Of a DNA stretch of 64,000 nucleotides, positions 49,500 through 62,944 are shown in pieces. The stretch lies in assembly GCF_009914755.1 (NCBI RefSeq), contig NC_060934.1; one strand, 5' to 3'. This DNA comes from the human T2T-CHM13v2.0 reference genome, Homo sapiens. Made by a program: the position numbers and the translations under genes. Each line of letters starts with the position of its first letter. Positions within the stretch are counted from its first letter, which is position 1. Below the pieces are notes generated by a model that worked only from the letters and a program-made list of their open reading frames with translations, searched no databases and had not been told where the DNA came from.

Positions 49500-50830
49500 A
49501 ATGGACTGACAAGACAGGCCTAAAAAGAAAGTTATTTTAAGGATAAACTAAATAACAAAAACCTTATACCCACTTGGCTTCTTATACATTCATGAAGGGT
49601 TAAGTGCTGTGGGAATTGGTCTCCTCATGAAATAAACAAAATATATGAAATAGCTGTTTTCAAATATTAGACAACAGGTAGCAGGTAACTGTGATTCAGG
49701 AGAGTGGAGAAACCAAAGAGCTGAGCCCTCCCTTTTTCCAGCTTGCAGCCTAGAGGCAGTTCCCAGAAACTAGTGGAGGGACAGGCCCAGCTCCAAGCCC
49801 ATGCTTTTCTCTGGAAGAGGCCAAGGCAATGAGGGTGTGCAGGGTAGGATGCCAGAGAGGGGAGAAGTCTGCAGAGAGGGGTCTGGAGAACCTCAGGGGG
49901 CCCCATGAGTCCTTGGCTGTGGAGTGAACTGCAATGCATGGGTCAGGCTCAATAAGGCCGCAGAAAGACCCCCTACAAAGTGGCAGGTCCAATGACACTC
50001 AGGGCCCACACAGAGAGAGCACTCAGTACTTCCATCAGAGAGAATGGAGAGACCTCATGAGACATGGGGTGTTGGGTACAATCCTAAGAAGGGTCAAACC
50101 TTAGAAATGGGGCTAAATTCATCCTAGAAGGGCTACACTAACAAATCCTAGGTGCCTGCCTCAAGGAGGCCGAATGGTTCAATAAGTAATTGCAGTCCAG
50201 AGCAAAGTCCTACACTCTTTAAAGGAATCCAACAGAATCAGCACTCAAAGATGAAAAACAATGTTTAGCACCCAATCAAAAATCACCAGCCATGTGAAGT
50301 AACAGGAAAATATGACCCATAACTAGGAGAAAAATAAAACAATAGAAGCAGATCCCAAAATTACAAGAGTGATAAAAATAGCCATTTAGGATCTGAAAAG
50401 AGCAATGATAAATATTACAAATATGTCTGAGGATATAAATGAAAGTGTGAACATAATGAGGAGGTAAATGGAACATATGAAGTGGAAATTTCAAAAAAAA
50501 TCTGACATAAAATACATAATAAGTGGGATTAATAACAAACTAGATATGGCAGATGAAAAGATCATGAGGAAAATGCAATTAAAACGATCTACAATGAATC
50601 GCAGAGAGAAAATAGACATAAGAAAACGAAAAAAATTAAAAAGAGGTTGAGTGTATCGAGTACACAGATACTTGAAGTCACAGAGAGGACATAAAATGTA
50701 TTTGAAGAAATAATGGCCAAAAGTTTTCCCAAATTAAAATTTAAAATACAAACACAGATGTAAGAATCTCAACAAACCCCAAGCAGAATAAGCACGAGGA
50801 ATAGCATACCATGGTTAATCACAATCACAA
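49500..50830 (+). mobile_element. Old L1M 5'/ORF1 fragment
   Basis: caggaaaatatgacccataac..tatttgaagaaataatggcc..ctcaacaaaccccaagcagaataa; boundaries approximate. Confidence 0.7.
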
Positions 50831-51889
50831 TTATATATTCTCTAATTAACATGGACTTAAACTAGACATCACTCACGACGCTGCCTCTTCCTAGCAGAGC
50901 AGTTTCCAAAGTGGTGCCTGGGCCCCTCAGTTGGTCTGGAAGCTGGAGCTCTGATGGGTCTGCGCTGTGGTGGGAAGAAGGAACTCCCAGCCTTTCTGTG
51001 AGGTGGGGTCTATTCTGCAGCCCCCACCAACACACTCTGCAAAACACTGGCTGCCCTAGAGCTCCTCACCCCATATCAACCCACATCTTGGAGAGGCCTT
51101 TGCACAGTGCCCAGCTCTCCCTCACCTCTGTCCCCCACTCCCTTACACCCCCATGCTTTGTGGCGGGCCTGCATGGAATTTCTCTCTCCCCTCTCAAGAA
51201 TTGTTTCCCAGAAAGAGCCAACATCATGAAGCTCTGTTACTAAGAGCATCTCTTTTCAACCTGAGAATTTGAATCCATAAGACCACCTGGCAACATCCAG
51301 TGCAACACCATTGGGCTGGCTAGGGGTGAAGGCAGAGAGGGTTCAAGCATCAGGTGTGGTAAACAGAAGATCCCCAAACACTCTGTTGCCAACCGCCTGT
51401 TGACTGGGCATCCCACCTTGCATGGTCCTGGAGAGTTCCACATCACTGCTTGAGCCCCTCCCTCTCTCCCCTCTCTAAGTTGGGTGCTGAGGGGAGCACC
51501 CCTGACCCCGAGCTCTGCTTGCCCAGGTCACCACTGTCCACATTTCTGCAGGTACATTCCGGGCAGCAGAAGAGCTGCTGTCCATAGCTGATGGATGGAC
51601 GGCCGGGCGTGGAGGGTAGGGGTTCCTCTAGGGGCACAAAATGAGAGGAAAGGCCAAGGCTGTTGAGGTGGTGAGGGAAGTACTGGCCAGACTGAGGTCT
51701 CCAAAACTTAGACCCCTCCCAAAGGGACGTGGGTTCCATTGTCACAGCTCCAATCACAGACAAGCATGTTGGCCAAGATTATGGACATTTGTGTTTTCTC
51801 AGCTATTAAATCGGGGGTTGAATCCAATGATGTCTAAGCCTCTTATGCTTCAGACATGTATTTCTAATTCATGGTGTAAGGTTAGGTGT

Positions 51890-52270
51890 TGTATCAGTCA
51901 GGGAAAACTGGGTTATGCTGCCTTGACAAGCATCTCCCTGAATCCTAGGGGCTTAAAACAAAGAAAGGCTTACTTCTCAATCATGCGAAAGCCACTGCTG
52001 GGGCCTAGGGCCCTGCTGATTCTCATCCCCACTGGGGTCCCACCCTGAGGAAGGCACCATCCTCACAACTTCATCCCTGCTGAGCTGTGGGAAGAGGAAG
52101 TAGCAAGTCAGAAACTAGCTCTTCAAGTTTCCACCAGGTCACTTCTCACCAATTTCATTGGCAAAGCAAGTCACGTGGTCACCCCTCACATTTTCAGGGA
52201 CAGGGAATGTCATGCTGCCGTGGCCTGGAGGTGCGGTGCCAGCAAGAGTTGGTGAGCCGCACCGATGCCC
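51890..52270 (-). mobile_element. MLT1K/L-like old MaLR LTR
   Basis: tgtatcagtcaggg..ggttatgctgc..ggcttaaaacaa..tttcattggcaaagcaagtcacgtgg. Confidence 0.6.
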
Positions 52271-53903
52271 ACCCAGGGATCCCCCTGTGGAGACAGTGAC
52301 CTAGGCTTTGTCCTGGCTCCACCACACATGAGCTGCAGCTTTGGGTGCCCGTCTCCCCGCTCTGTGGCCCCTCGTCACAGATCAACAAGGGAGTGCATGG
52401 AGCATGCCTGGCACAGAGGACAAGCCTAGTGAGGCTGCCTGCTGTCACCGGTTCTCCCTCCTGAAGGCCCCCCAAGCCTGCACAGCTCCTAACCTCCTCT
52501 GTCCCAGCTTTCTTCACTGACCAATTATTCAGGAAAAAAAAATGCAAGTTATATCTCTAATATCTGAATGCTGCATATTCTGAGAACTAGTTTCTCCCAA
52601 ACAATGTCATCTTCCTCAACCAAGAATTCAGTTTCTGTGGCCACCCCTTTCCTCTCCTGCTTCCTAAGTCAAGTGCCTCCCAGCCCCCTGCCACATCATG
52701 CCTGTGCCTCGGTGGGGCTTCTCTGCCAACTAGGCTGAGCTCTCTAGGTCAGTGAGCCAATCTAGCTTTTAAATAATATAGCATATTCCTTCTAAATATT
52801 TTAAAGCAATTGGAGAGTTAGAGCGAGTGAGAGGGAGGAGGCATGGAAAGAAGGTCAAGGGCTGTGCCTTGCCGCCTCACGCTCATGTGCAGGACTAGAC
52901 TAGCATTTAGCAGGCACCAGGAAAAGTGCTCCCTGGAAGCCCCAAAACTGCCACTACAGCTGCCAGCACCTTCTCTATTTAAAGAAGCACAAGGCAGTCT
53001 CCTTCCGCACCTCCGCATCCGACGTCTTTCCCCTTTAAGAGATCCTGCAAGTGGGTCCCAACATTTATAAATATTCAAGGCTTTTCTCATTCCTTGACAT
53101 TTCAAAATGGACTCAAAAGCGATTATTTCACACAGTAAATTCAGGCAATAGGACAGCGTCAAGAGGGACCAGCCACTCGCCCCACTGTCCCCACCTAAGC
53201 GGCAGGAGTTGGGGAAGACAGTACGGGCACAGCTAGAAGGCCAGGTCCCCAAGGGCAGCAGCCAGGGCAGCCAGGGGCCACCGGGAGAGAAGGAATCATG
53301 CCGGCGTCCCCAGCTCATGGGGCGTGACGGCCACCAGGCAGCCACAGGACTGCCTATGCTCAGGCCTGGGGACACCAAAGCCAGAAGTCAACCCTGTCAT
53401 CTTGTGCGCGAGGGCTTTTCAGATGCACATTTACGTATCAGCTCACAAATTTCACATCTTTCTGATTTCAGATAAAAATGACTGCAGGTATTGCAAGCTT
53501 TTTAAAAATCCTTTACCTGAAAGCAGTGATTTATATACAATTTTCTTTTTTTCTTAAAGAGAAAGACACGATGCCTGTCACCACAGTCGTGGATGGCTGA
53601 ACTGAAACTCAGGAAACCTGGTTTTCCGAGCTTTGGCTGTGGTGTCCTGAGGAAATCGGTCCACCTCCGTGCCACACTGTGCCGGCTGAGACCAGATGAG
53701 AAAGGGGAGGTGGAGAAATGGAGGGGCTTTGAAAAGTATCCGAAGAAATGTAAAATATTGAAAAGATTCCCGTGAGGCCCATTTTTACATTCAAGTTTTC
53801 ACTGCGGTTTAAAAGAACGTATGTTGTGTGTTGCAGAGGCCTTTAAAAAATAGCTTTTAGAAAAACAGCAGACACGTCCCACTCTACCAAGAATGTGCGC
53901 GGC

Positions 53904-54012
53904 CCTAGAGCTGAGCTATCAAGGACCACAGAGGACGGAGCCCTCTCGTTGTGAAGATCCTAGAGCTGAGCTATCAAGGATCACGGAGGATGGAGCCCTC
54001 GCGTTGTGAAGA
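53904..54012 (+). repeat. 55-bp tandem duplication
   Basis: cctagagctgagctatcaagga..cgttgtgaaga at 53904 and 53959. Confidence 0.9.
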
Positions 54013-54607
54013 CCGGGGCAGGAGCAGCTCCTGTTGGGTATTGGATGACGAGTTCTTCTCATAAGGATTCCGTGATTTCAGAACGTTCCTACTGTTTTCA
54101 CGCAGCCAAACACGCCCTCTCCTTCTTTGCTCCCTTGGACTCGGGCTCACCGTGGGGCATCCGCAGTCACCGCCACGTCGGACTCCGTGGGGGCTTCCCT
54201 GACCACGTGGCACCTGTCCGTTCTCCTCTGGAAGCTGTTCAGTCCAGCCCAGGCTGTGTCTCAGCCATCCCCAGTCCGGAGAGCTCTGTGGCTAAACAAA
54301 GATATTAAGTCATTAAAATGCAATAACCGAACTTCAAGAATCATTTAGCTCATTCTATGACTGGAGGTCTCCCAGGCAGCAACCGCAGCCCACGAAGCCC
54401 TCAGCGGGTGCCTCTGCCATCTCGGCATCTCCACCCTGGGCTCTCCATGCCCTTGTGGCGTCTCCACCCCATGCTTCCCTCTCCCTTCCCAGCACGCCAG
54501 AAAAACAAGTGTGAGAAGGAGGATGTGAATTATGGTCACGTGAATAAGGGGATTTATTAATGATGCCAGCAGGTTTGGGAGGTGGCTAAAATAGCTCCAA
54601 AGCCCAA

Positions 54608-54686
54608 ATAGGTTGGTGCGAAAGTAATTGTGGTTTTGCCATTGAAAGTAACGTCAAAAACCGCAATTACATTTGCACCAACCTAA
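54608..54686. mobile_element. MADE1 (Hsmar1-derived palindromic MITE)
   Basis: taggttggtgcgaaagtaattg..caattacatttgcaccaacctaa terminal inverted repeats followed by TA. Confidence 0.93.
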
Positions 54687-55277
54687 TAGGTTTAAAAGAA
54701 CAAAGCAATTAGGCGCACAAGTCATTTAATTTTCTAGCTGTTGCTCCAGATGTCAGAAGGAAAGCACCTGCAGCCACACCAAAGGGGACCCTGGATCAAG
54801 TGCCTAGCTGGTTCCAGTCGAAAGGCAACTGTTTCAAATGTCTTCTCTCTAAAGTAAAGATGGTGCGATACTTCCATCTGCAACATAAACGCAAGATATT
54901 GATACTGCCCGGGAACTGCCAGGAGGAATGTGGAAGTGGCCCCGGGAGACGGTCTGAGGACCCCCTCCCCCCGGCCCCGCCCCAGGCCTCTGTTTTCTAA
55001 TCAAAGGCTCAGCATGGGTCTCCTTCCGCATTGTCTGCCTGCAAATGCAGGCTCTGCCGATGGCCTCCCTATGGTTGCGAATGTGTTTCCAAGCTAGAAT
55101 GTGGAAGAGGGAGGAGCCCCCCGCCTGCATGTCTGGGCTGCAATTCCCCCGTTTTTGAGAGCAGCCTGGGCTCCCAGAGCTAACCCGGGGGCATCTGAAG
55201 GCAACCAGGGAGGGGCCCAGGTTCCCAGCAGGACTGTGCTCACTCAGTGGCATAGACACAGCTTCCCCAGGTGGACG

Positions 55278-55548
<271 letters not shown>

Positions 55549-58500
55549 GGGGAAGGTTTTAATTCCAGATGCAAGGAAAGACCTGGAGTCCTTCCAAAAC
55601 CCTGGGCCTCTGACTTCCGGCTGGAGAGGCTCTGGTCCCCACCACACATCCCGCCCACCTGCAGGACTGGCCTTGTTTTAAGGAGCCCAGAGCCAACATG
55701 GAATCAGAGGAGTGTCAAATCAGGAAGCACAGCCTGCTGTCTCAGGTCTCTCATCCTCTGTGCCTGACTCCTCCCCTCAGCTCCGAGGCTCCGGGTCCAC
55801 CTATTCAAAAGTCAGCCTTAGGGTGTCCGAGTCAGACATTGGTTCTAGTCTGGGCCTCTAGTTAATTGCTGTGTGACCTTGGGCACTGACTCAGCCCTGA
55901 CAATCTAATGACTCCCTGAGGCTGGGGCATGGAGGAGCCGATGGCCTAGTGTTTGCAGGAAGGCATTTGCCGAGCCCACTCTGCATAGTGGGGCTTGGAA
56001 GCTAAAACGCTTCGAGAAACATCCACCTCAGGAAGGGTCACCCAGAAGCTAACCTGAAGACAAGGAGTTGAGGGCATGTGAGTAACCTGGGAGGGGGTCT
56101 GTCAGGATCCCCCGGGAGAGTGGCGCAGTGAGACAGGGTGAGGAAGGGAGTCCACGGAGGGGCTCTGAGTGGGGCCACGGGGTTGCAGTGCACTGGGGAC
56201 CCTGAGACCAGGCAGAGCCCTCCTCGGAGCCACCCGCCCCAGCGTCTGTGAGGCTGCTCCCTGGGGTGTCAGCTCTCCAGCCCCTCTGGCCTGCTCCAGC
56301 ATCGGCGCGGCTCCCTGGTAGATGGCGCCCCCCGCACAGGCCACCGTGGGCAGTGGTTGGGTGTGGGTGGGGAATGGCCGCCGGGACACAGTTCAGCGCA
56401 CAGCCCAGCCTGACACAGGCTTGGAGGTCTAAACTCAGGCCACTGGAGGGCTTGAAGCGGGAGGCAGAGGGTACGGTGTGGCTGCCAGCAGGAGCACTTA
56501 GGAGGCAGGAGCACTCGGGAGGTAGGAGCACTTGGGAGGCAGAAGCCATCTTGCCTTTGGTGGGAACTCACTGGCAGGTGCTGTTGGAATCAGGTCTGTG
56601 TTTGTTTGTGGCTTCCACTGGCAGCAGCTACTGAGATGGTCCAATTGCCCCTCACCAAAGCTCCCATGTGTGGGGGCTCGGGTGAGGGGTGGGATGGCCC
56701 TTTGGGCTGGGATGAAGCCTCTCCAGCCCAGCAGCAGGAAACCTGAACCGAGAGAGTTGCCCCCAGAGACGGAGAAGCCTGTTGGCTGCAGAGTCCAGGA
56801 GAATGAGCGGCATGGGGGCATTCTCCCTGCCGTGTCCCTCGGCTCCAGGCAGTCACCACAGTTGAGTCCTGTCCATTTTCTAGTTGCCTATTGCCACTAG
56901 AGGAAAATGCCCTATTTTAAGCACAATCTGGCCAACTTCCTGAACTTTGTTGAGGAGGGTGGCTCCAGTCGATTTTCACTTAATCCTCCTGAGCTTCCCT
57001 GGGTATCCAATTGCTGGCAAATGTGACGGTTTTCTCCCATCCAGTACGAGTTGTTTTTCTGTTTCCTGCTTTATCACATTGTCCATTATGTACATCATAA
57101 AGTTAGTCTGATGACAACTAATTTTCAATTTTCGAGCAACTGTGGGGAGGATGGATTTGAGAAGAGAGAAGTTGAAAGCAGACTGAACAGCCTCAAAGAT
57201 TTGCCATAGATTAGGAGAGGCAGGCTGGGAACAGAGTGGAAGTGAGAGGGGGAGCATGGACACGTCTGAGCAGGGTTTAGACTCAGCCCTGCATGGACTC
57301 GGGCAGGCAACAAAAGCTCCTCTAGGTTCCAGACTCAAAGCACAGGATCCAATAGGCATGAACCAGGAAAGGGCACCATATTACAATCGCTGCTACACTG
57401 TGGTCATTTACTCAAGCAAACAATGGGACAGACGAGATTAATTAGAAGTCCTGATTTCAATGAGTTCTCCAAGAATATGGACTCACATTAAATTAACAGC
57501 TGCTTTAATTTTCTCCCATACCTCCATGGTCTGACTCTTAATGAAGCTACATCCAAACCCTCTTATGATACTTGAGTTACAAGATGGTATTGCAGTTGAC
57601 ATGGCAACTCTGCACACACTGTCTTACTTCAAGCCAGAGCCCCACTATCTGCACAACTTTCTCCCATGACCAAAACGTCCCCGTACTGTCCAGAGTGGTC
57701 ACCCAAGTCAGGCATGGCTCTGCGGCCAGGACACAGAGAAACCAAATTTGCAATTTGATTTGATGTAAATGAAATCTGCCTTACTTAATAGCAAGATTTA
57801 GGATGTGAAGAATGGGACTCTGCATTTTGGCAAGATGCCCAGGTACCTTGGTTGCAAGTGAAAGGTTGAGGGGCTCTGCTCTTCTTAGGCGATTGCAGGG
57901 GCTTCTGGCATGTGCTGCATCTGCAGGCCTCAGAGCACCTCCTCCCCGTTTTCTCACCTGATGGTCACGCCACAGGCTCTTTCCAAGATGCTGTCAGCAG
58001 ACCTGAGGTGCTCCTGCATGTCACCTGTCTTTGCATATGGGACTGTATCTGTTGCCTCCGCCTTCCCAGCCTGGCCCACCTATAAAAGGCCTCTGATGTG
58101 TCTTTACACACTTTGTGCAGGTATGGACTGGCCTTGGCCCTCCCTCTGAAGGCACAAAGCTTAGCACAGACATGGAGACAGGAGGACTCTGCCGGGTGAA
58201 GCAGCAAGCCAGCAGATCACGTAGACTCGGTTCTGCAGCTGCTTGGGGTCTTTCTGGAAATCCACCAAGCAAGCCTCAAAGACAAAGACAAGGCTCGACC
58301 CACAGCCCAGTGCTCCTTTCTTTAAAAAAATAAAATGAAATCAGATGATTCCTCCTCTGAGTGGACTTCACTCCCTACTTTCTTCACTCAGAGTGAAGGG
58401 AAGCCATGGAGACCTTGCTCTGCCTCCTTTTAACCCCAAAGGAAAAGGCCACCCACACTGCTGTGGGTGAGTGGACATTCGAGTGCCATGTCTAGTTGGC

Positions 58501-58645
58501 TTTCTTTACTGCTTTTAGCTTTCAGGGTCATTTGGAAGGAGCAGCCTCCTGTAACACCCTCTGGGACTGTGCGGATTTCATGAGAAAACTTCTGCTCATG
58601 AAACTCTCCAGGTGCGAAAATGTCCCCCTGAAGCCAGTGGCTCAA

Positions 58646-58780
58646 ACAAAACCCAACTCAGATCACAGATTCACAGTTATGGGCAGAAACACAAAACCCA
58701 ACTCAGATCACGGATTCACGGTTTTGGTCAGAAACACAAAACCTAACTCAGATCATGGATTCACAGTTATGGGCAGAAAC
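58646..58780 (+). repeat. 45-bp tandem repeat, 3 copies
   Basis: acaaaacccaactcagatcac(a/g)gattcacagttatgggcagaaac. Confidence 0.93.
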
Positions 58781-59929
58781 GAGGGTTTTTTTCTCTACCC
58801 ATAGAACACTTGATTCAAGTCACCCCATTTTAAGTGACTCATCGGCGAGGAAACATCTCATTGAGGACAGGCTGCCTGGCTCTGTGTGGAGCTGATATTC
58901 CCAGCCCCAACCCTGAGCATCCTATCAGGGGAAGGAAGGAATGTGGTGGGCTCGTGCAGCAGGCCTGGACCTCCTGCCTCTGTGTCCCTTGCTGGAGGAG
59001 GCTGAATGTGTGCGGTAGCCCTGCTTTGTGGTCATTCAGCACAGTTGGACCCAAGCAGAGTTTGAGGGTACATGGAGGAAGCCTTAGTGTCCAGGGGCGT
59101 GGCTCAGAGCTCAGATGGCCAGCGCTCCCTGCATGCCCTGCCCAGCCCACACCCCAGCATAATCCCTCGGGGGAGGTCTCCTGCAGAAGTGGAGGTGGAG
59201 CTGGTGTGGGTCCTGCTGAGACTCCCCTGCAGCTCACACCCCCCACCCACTTAGTGCAGAGCCTCCCTCTCCTTCCTCCCTTGGAGCAGGCAGTGTCTGC
59301 CTGGCCCTTTCGGGGGAGTCTGCCACGCAGCTGAGCTTGCTGCAAATCCTCCTCCACCTGTCTGTCTTGAACAATCGCTCCAACCACTGACGCCTGGGGC
59401 CTGGGGAAGGTGGGGACTGAAAACCCAGGTTCCCTCTTCCCTCCTCCAGGAACAGCCATGGTGGCTCTGAGTTCTACTGAATGAACCTGTGACCTCTTCC
59501 TTCCCTGAAGGATCAACTGGATGTTTAATTAGAGACTACTAGTTTAGAGTAAAGCAGGCTATACAGCTAATTTGGGACAGTTCGAATAGGCTGTTATGGC
59601 ACAGAGACAAACAATGCCCCACATCTGGGGAATGAAATCAGCAGGTGTGTGCCGAGCTCGTTCTGGGAGGGCCTGGGCTTTGCTCCATGTCACTGTCCTG
59701 ACTCCAGAACCGGAAAGACCCAGCAGCCTCTGTCTGAAACCGCCCATCACTGTGGCAGAGGGAGGCACTGCCCCCAGTGCCACACAGAATTAGAACCCAG
59801 TGCCTTTGCTCACCCTCAACGGCCAAAGCAAGATGCGGGGCTACTCCGGGCCTCCGTGGGCGGGAAGGACTCTGCTGTGGGGCTCACATTTGCAGACAGG
59901 CCTTGCGTCGCCTGCAAGATATTGAGGGC

Positions 59930-60243
59930 TGCCAGGCACAGTCTTTCACGCCTGTAATCCCAGCACTTTGGGAGGCTGAAGCAGGTGGATCGCCTGAGGT
60001 CAGGAGTTCAAAACCAGCCTGGTCAACATGGCAAAACCCCATCTCTACTAAAAGTACAAAAATCAGCCAGCCATGGTGACACACACCTGTAATCCCAGCT
60101 ACCTGGGAGGCTGAGGAACAAGAACTTCTTAAACCCAGGAAACAGGTTGCAGTGAGCCGAGATTGAGCCGCTGCATTCCAGCCTGGGCGATAGAGTGAGA
60201 CTCTGTCTCAAAAATAATAATAAAAAGTAAATTAAAAAAAATA
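59930..60243 (+). mobile_element. AluS (Sx/Sz-like)
   Basis: Full dimer with A-tail; TSD AAGATATTGAGG at 59916-59927 and 60244-60255. Confidence 0.92.
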
Positions 60244-60949
60244 AAGATATTGAGGCCAGCATGTGAAGTTCCTTCTAGAAGTAAGATGGAGAAGCCAGGC
60301 TCACCATGGAAGCCCAGCGGCTCTGCCTTCCTTGTGAATGGCCAGTGTGGGCCACTCCTTCTAGAAATAAGGTGGAGGAAAGGGGAAAGAGTTTGGCCAA
60401 GGATTTATCTGCCTCTGCAGGAGCCGTGGTTGTAGCAGTGATCCATGCACATGGCGGGGTAGCCGGTGCTGGGGAACGGGGGCCCAGCCAAAACTGTACA
60501 CACTTAAACCGTCAATCCAACCAAGCAGAACAGTATTTTTGTTTCTTTATGCAAATGGATTATCCACGACACCCATGACCTAGACGTGTGTTGTTATTAC
60601 ACAAAAGAGATTACCTGCCTTCTGCCTGCCCAGAAGAGAGGTCCCCGTGGGCAGAGCTAGAGAGCAACGCGGGAGTCAGTAAGCCCCGCAGGAGAGTGAT
60701 GTGCTGGGGACACTCGGAGGGGAGAAACCCCCCGGGCACTCAGGAAATCCGGGAGGAAGGACGCATCTCCCAGGAAGGAGAGTGTGGCCTGGAGGCGGTC
60801 ATATGAAAGGACAGAGAAGCAGAGGGTGGGGGCGGATTCAAGGGGCTGTTGCAGAATCATGGTGGAGGGCAGGTGTGAGCGATGGTTTCCGCCATAAACA
60901 GTGGCCTCATGGACAGAGATGGGCAAGTCGATGTCAGAGGCCCAGGGCG

Positions 60950-61070
60950 AAGCCTTATGGGGATAAGAATGGTGTCTGTTTCGTAGGGATTGTGAGGTTT
61001 AATAAGTCACACCTGCAAGGGTCTTGCACGGTGCCTGGCCCACAGTGAGCAATCAATAAATGTGAGGTGC
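60950..61070 (+). mobile_element. MIR 3' fragment
   Basis: atggggataa..tagggattgtgagg..cacggtgcctggcccacagtgagcaatcaataaatg. Confidence 0.7.
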
Positions 61071-62254
61071 TGTGACTGTCTCCAGCCACTCAAGGCTTCC
61101 TTTTTGTTTTCTAAGCAAGTACTGTGGTGGAAAGCACGATTTCACTACGGTTTGAGTAGAAAACGTGGACTGATCAACAGTAAGCAAATGTATTCAGCAC
61201 CTTCGTTTCAAAGAACTCAACGTATTTCACATGTGAACCCTCACATCAGAGGTCAGAGCAGCAGTGTCCGTCTGCACCTTGAACAGGAGCCCTGGAGCAT
61301 GATCTTACCTGGGTCTGTGCATGGCCAGCTCGAGGTCCAAGGTCCCTAGCCCCGCGTCCACCACTCTTTCCTCTGTCCCCAGCTCAGGGCATGCTGAGGC
61401 TTCCTTGGGCTCCTGACCACCCTGTTCCCACGGAAACTGCCTCTTTTCACGGACATCTCCAGACTGCGCCTTGCCGGGGGCCCCTGGGGTCCCCGCACCC
61501 GGCCAAGAGCAGATTCAGGGCAAACGTGGGCCCTGGCTGAGCAGTGAAACTGGTTCCCCTCCCCCTGTTGTGGAGCAGTTGGTCCAGCCACAGAGTTGGT
61601 CACCCAGGTCCCCTTCCACGGAGATGGGGACACCGCAGGAGGCACTGTCTATGGCAGACACGACCTGCCTTCCCGGGACAGACCCGCCCCGACGGCAAGG
61701 GCTTCTCATGCCTGAGGCTCCCAGCTCCCCGTATCCAGTACCAGGGAACGCGAAGGCAGGCTGTTGGGGATGGCAGCAGGAATCCTGTAGAGCCAGGAGT
61801 AGGAGGTGGGATCAGAACAAAGCGTATGCATGAGTGCCCCATGCTGCAATGCTGCCGTGTGCTGGGAGCTGCAGGTGGCTCTCTGAAGCTCTATGGAGAC
61901 ACCTGAGCAGGAGCTCCATCCTACATGGAGGAGGCCAATTTATACCTAGAGAGGGGGTCTCTGAGCAGCATTCCACAGAGGCACTTGCTGAGCAAGACCA
62001 CCCAAGACAAGTCAGCCGCACTACCCCACCTGCTCAGACTGAGTCCAGCAGCCCAGAAATACCTGCGGCCTTCAGATCAACGTCCTCCTCCGGCGTGAGC
62101 TCCTTTCATCCCAGGAACTGCTGCTTCGCAGGGAGAGCTTCGTTAGAGGACACACCATTGCTTCTGGCTGGGAGGAAGAGGTCCTGGTGTCCCGTGGCCC
62201 TGTGGGATGGCTGCTGGTGACAGGGACACGGTGCGGAGTTCAAGTCGCTGGAAG

Positions 62255-62430
62255 GAGGATATTGAATGTGACCGACATGAAGAAATCATAGGTGTTTGAG
62301 CTGCAGGAGGTGCTAATTACCCTGCTCTGATCATGATACAGAAGTTATACTGAAGCACCACTATGTAACCCATGAATATGCACAATTATTATTTGACAAT
62401 TAAGAAATAACATTTTTAAATGGAAAAAAA
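62255..62430 (+). mobile_element. L1MA 3' end fragment
   Basis: gctaattaccctg..ctgatcat..cccatgaatatgcacaattattat..caattaa. Confidence 0.7.
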
Positions 62431-62853
62431 AGAACAGTTGGACATTCTAAATCTAAATTTGGGCCTTTTCAGAGTATAAGGTGCATATTGCAGGAGCTGC
62501 CAAGATACCCAGACAAGACTTTCAAATACCTGGCACCCAGAGCCAAACCTGACCGAGAAACCCTCAAGTCCAGAGAGAACTCAAGAGTCAAGAACCCAAA
62601 AACCCCGCAAACGTCAGACGCACCCCACAGAGACCAGCCACAGAGACCCCTACCTTCAGGCAAAGGAAGCCCTCACCCACATCGGCTTCCACATAGGTGT
62701 TCATATTGAATTCAATTACTCCAAATCCCCCCACCAGATCCACATGCAGAATGGAGTCTCATTGAAGACTGAAATTATTCTCCATAGATTTTGAAATGTC
62801 TGCCCTTAGAAACCACCCAGCCATTATTCACACGAAAATTAAAGTAATGCAAT

Positions 62854-62944
62854 CAGGAAGCAGAGGTTGCAGTGAGCTGAGATTGTGCCCCTGCACTCCA
62901 GCCTGGGCAACAAAGCTAGACACCGTCTCAAAAAATAAAAAAAT
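62854..62944 (+). mobile_element. Severely 5'-truncated Alu (3' about 75 bp plus A-tail) with TSD
   Basis: gaggttgcagtgagctgagattgtg..cactccagcctgggcaac; TSD AAAGTAATGC(A/G)ATCAGG at 62841-62857 and 62945-62961. Confidence 0.9.
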
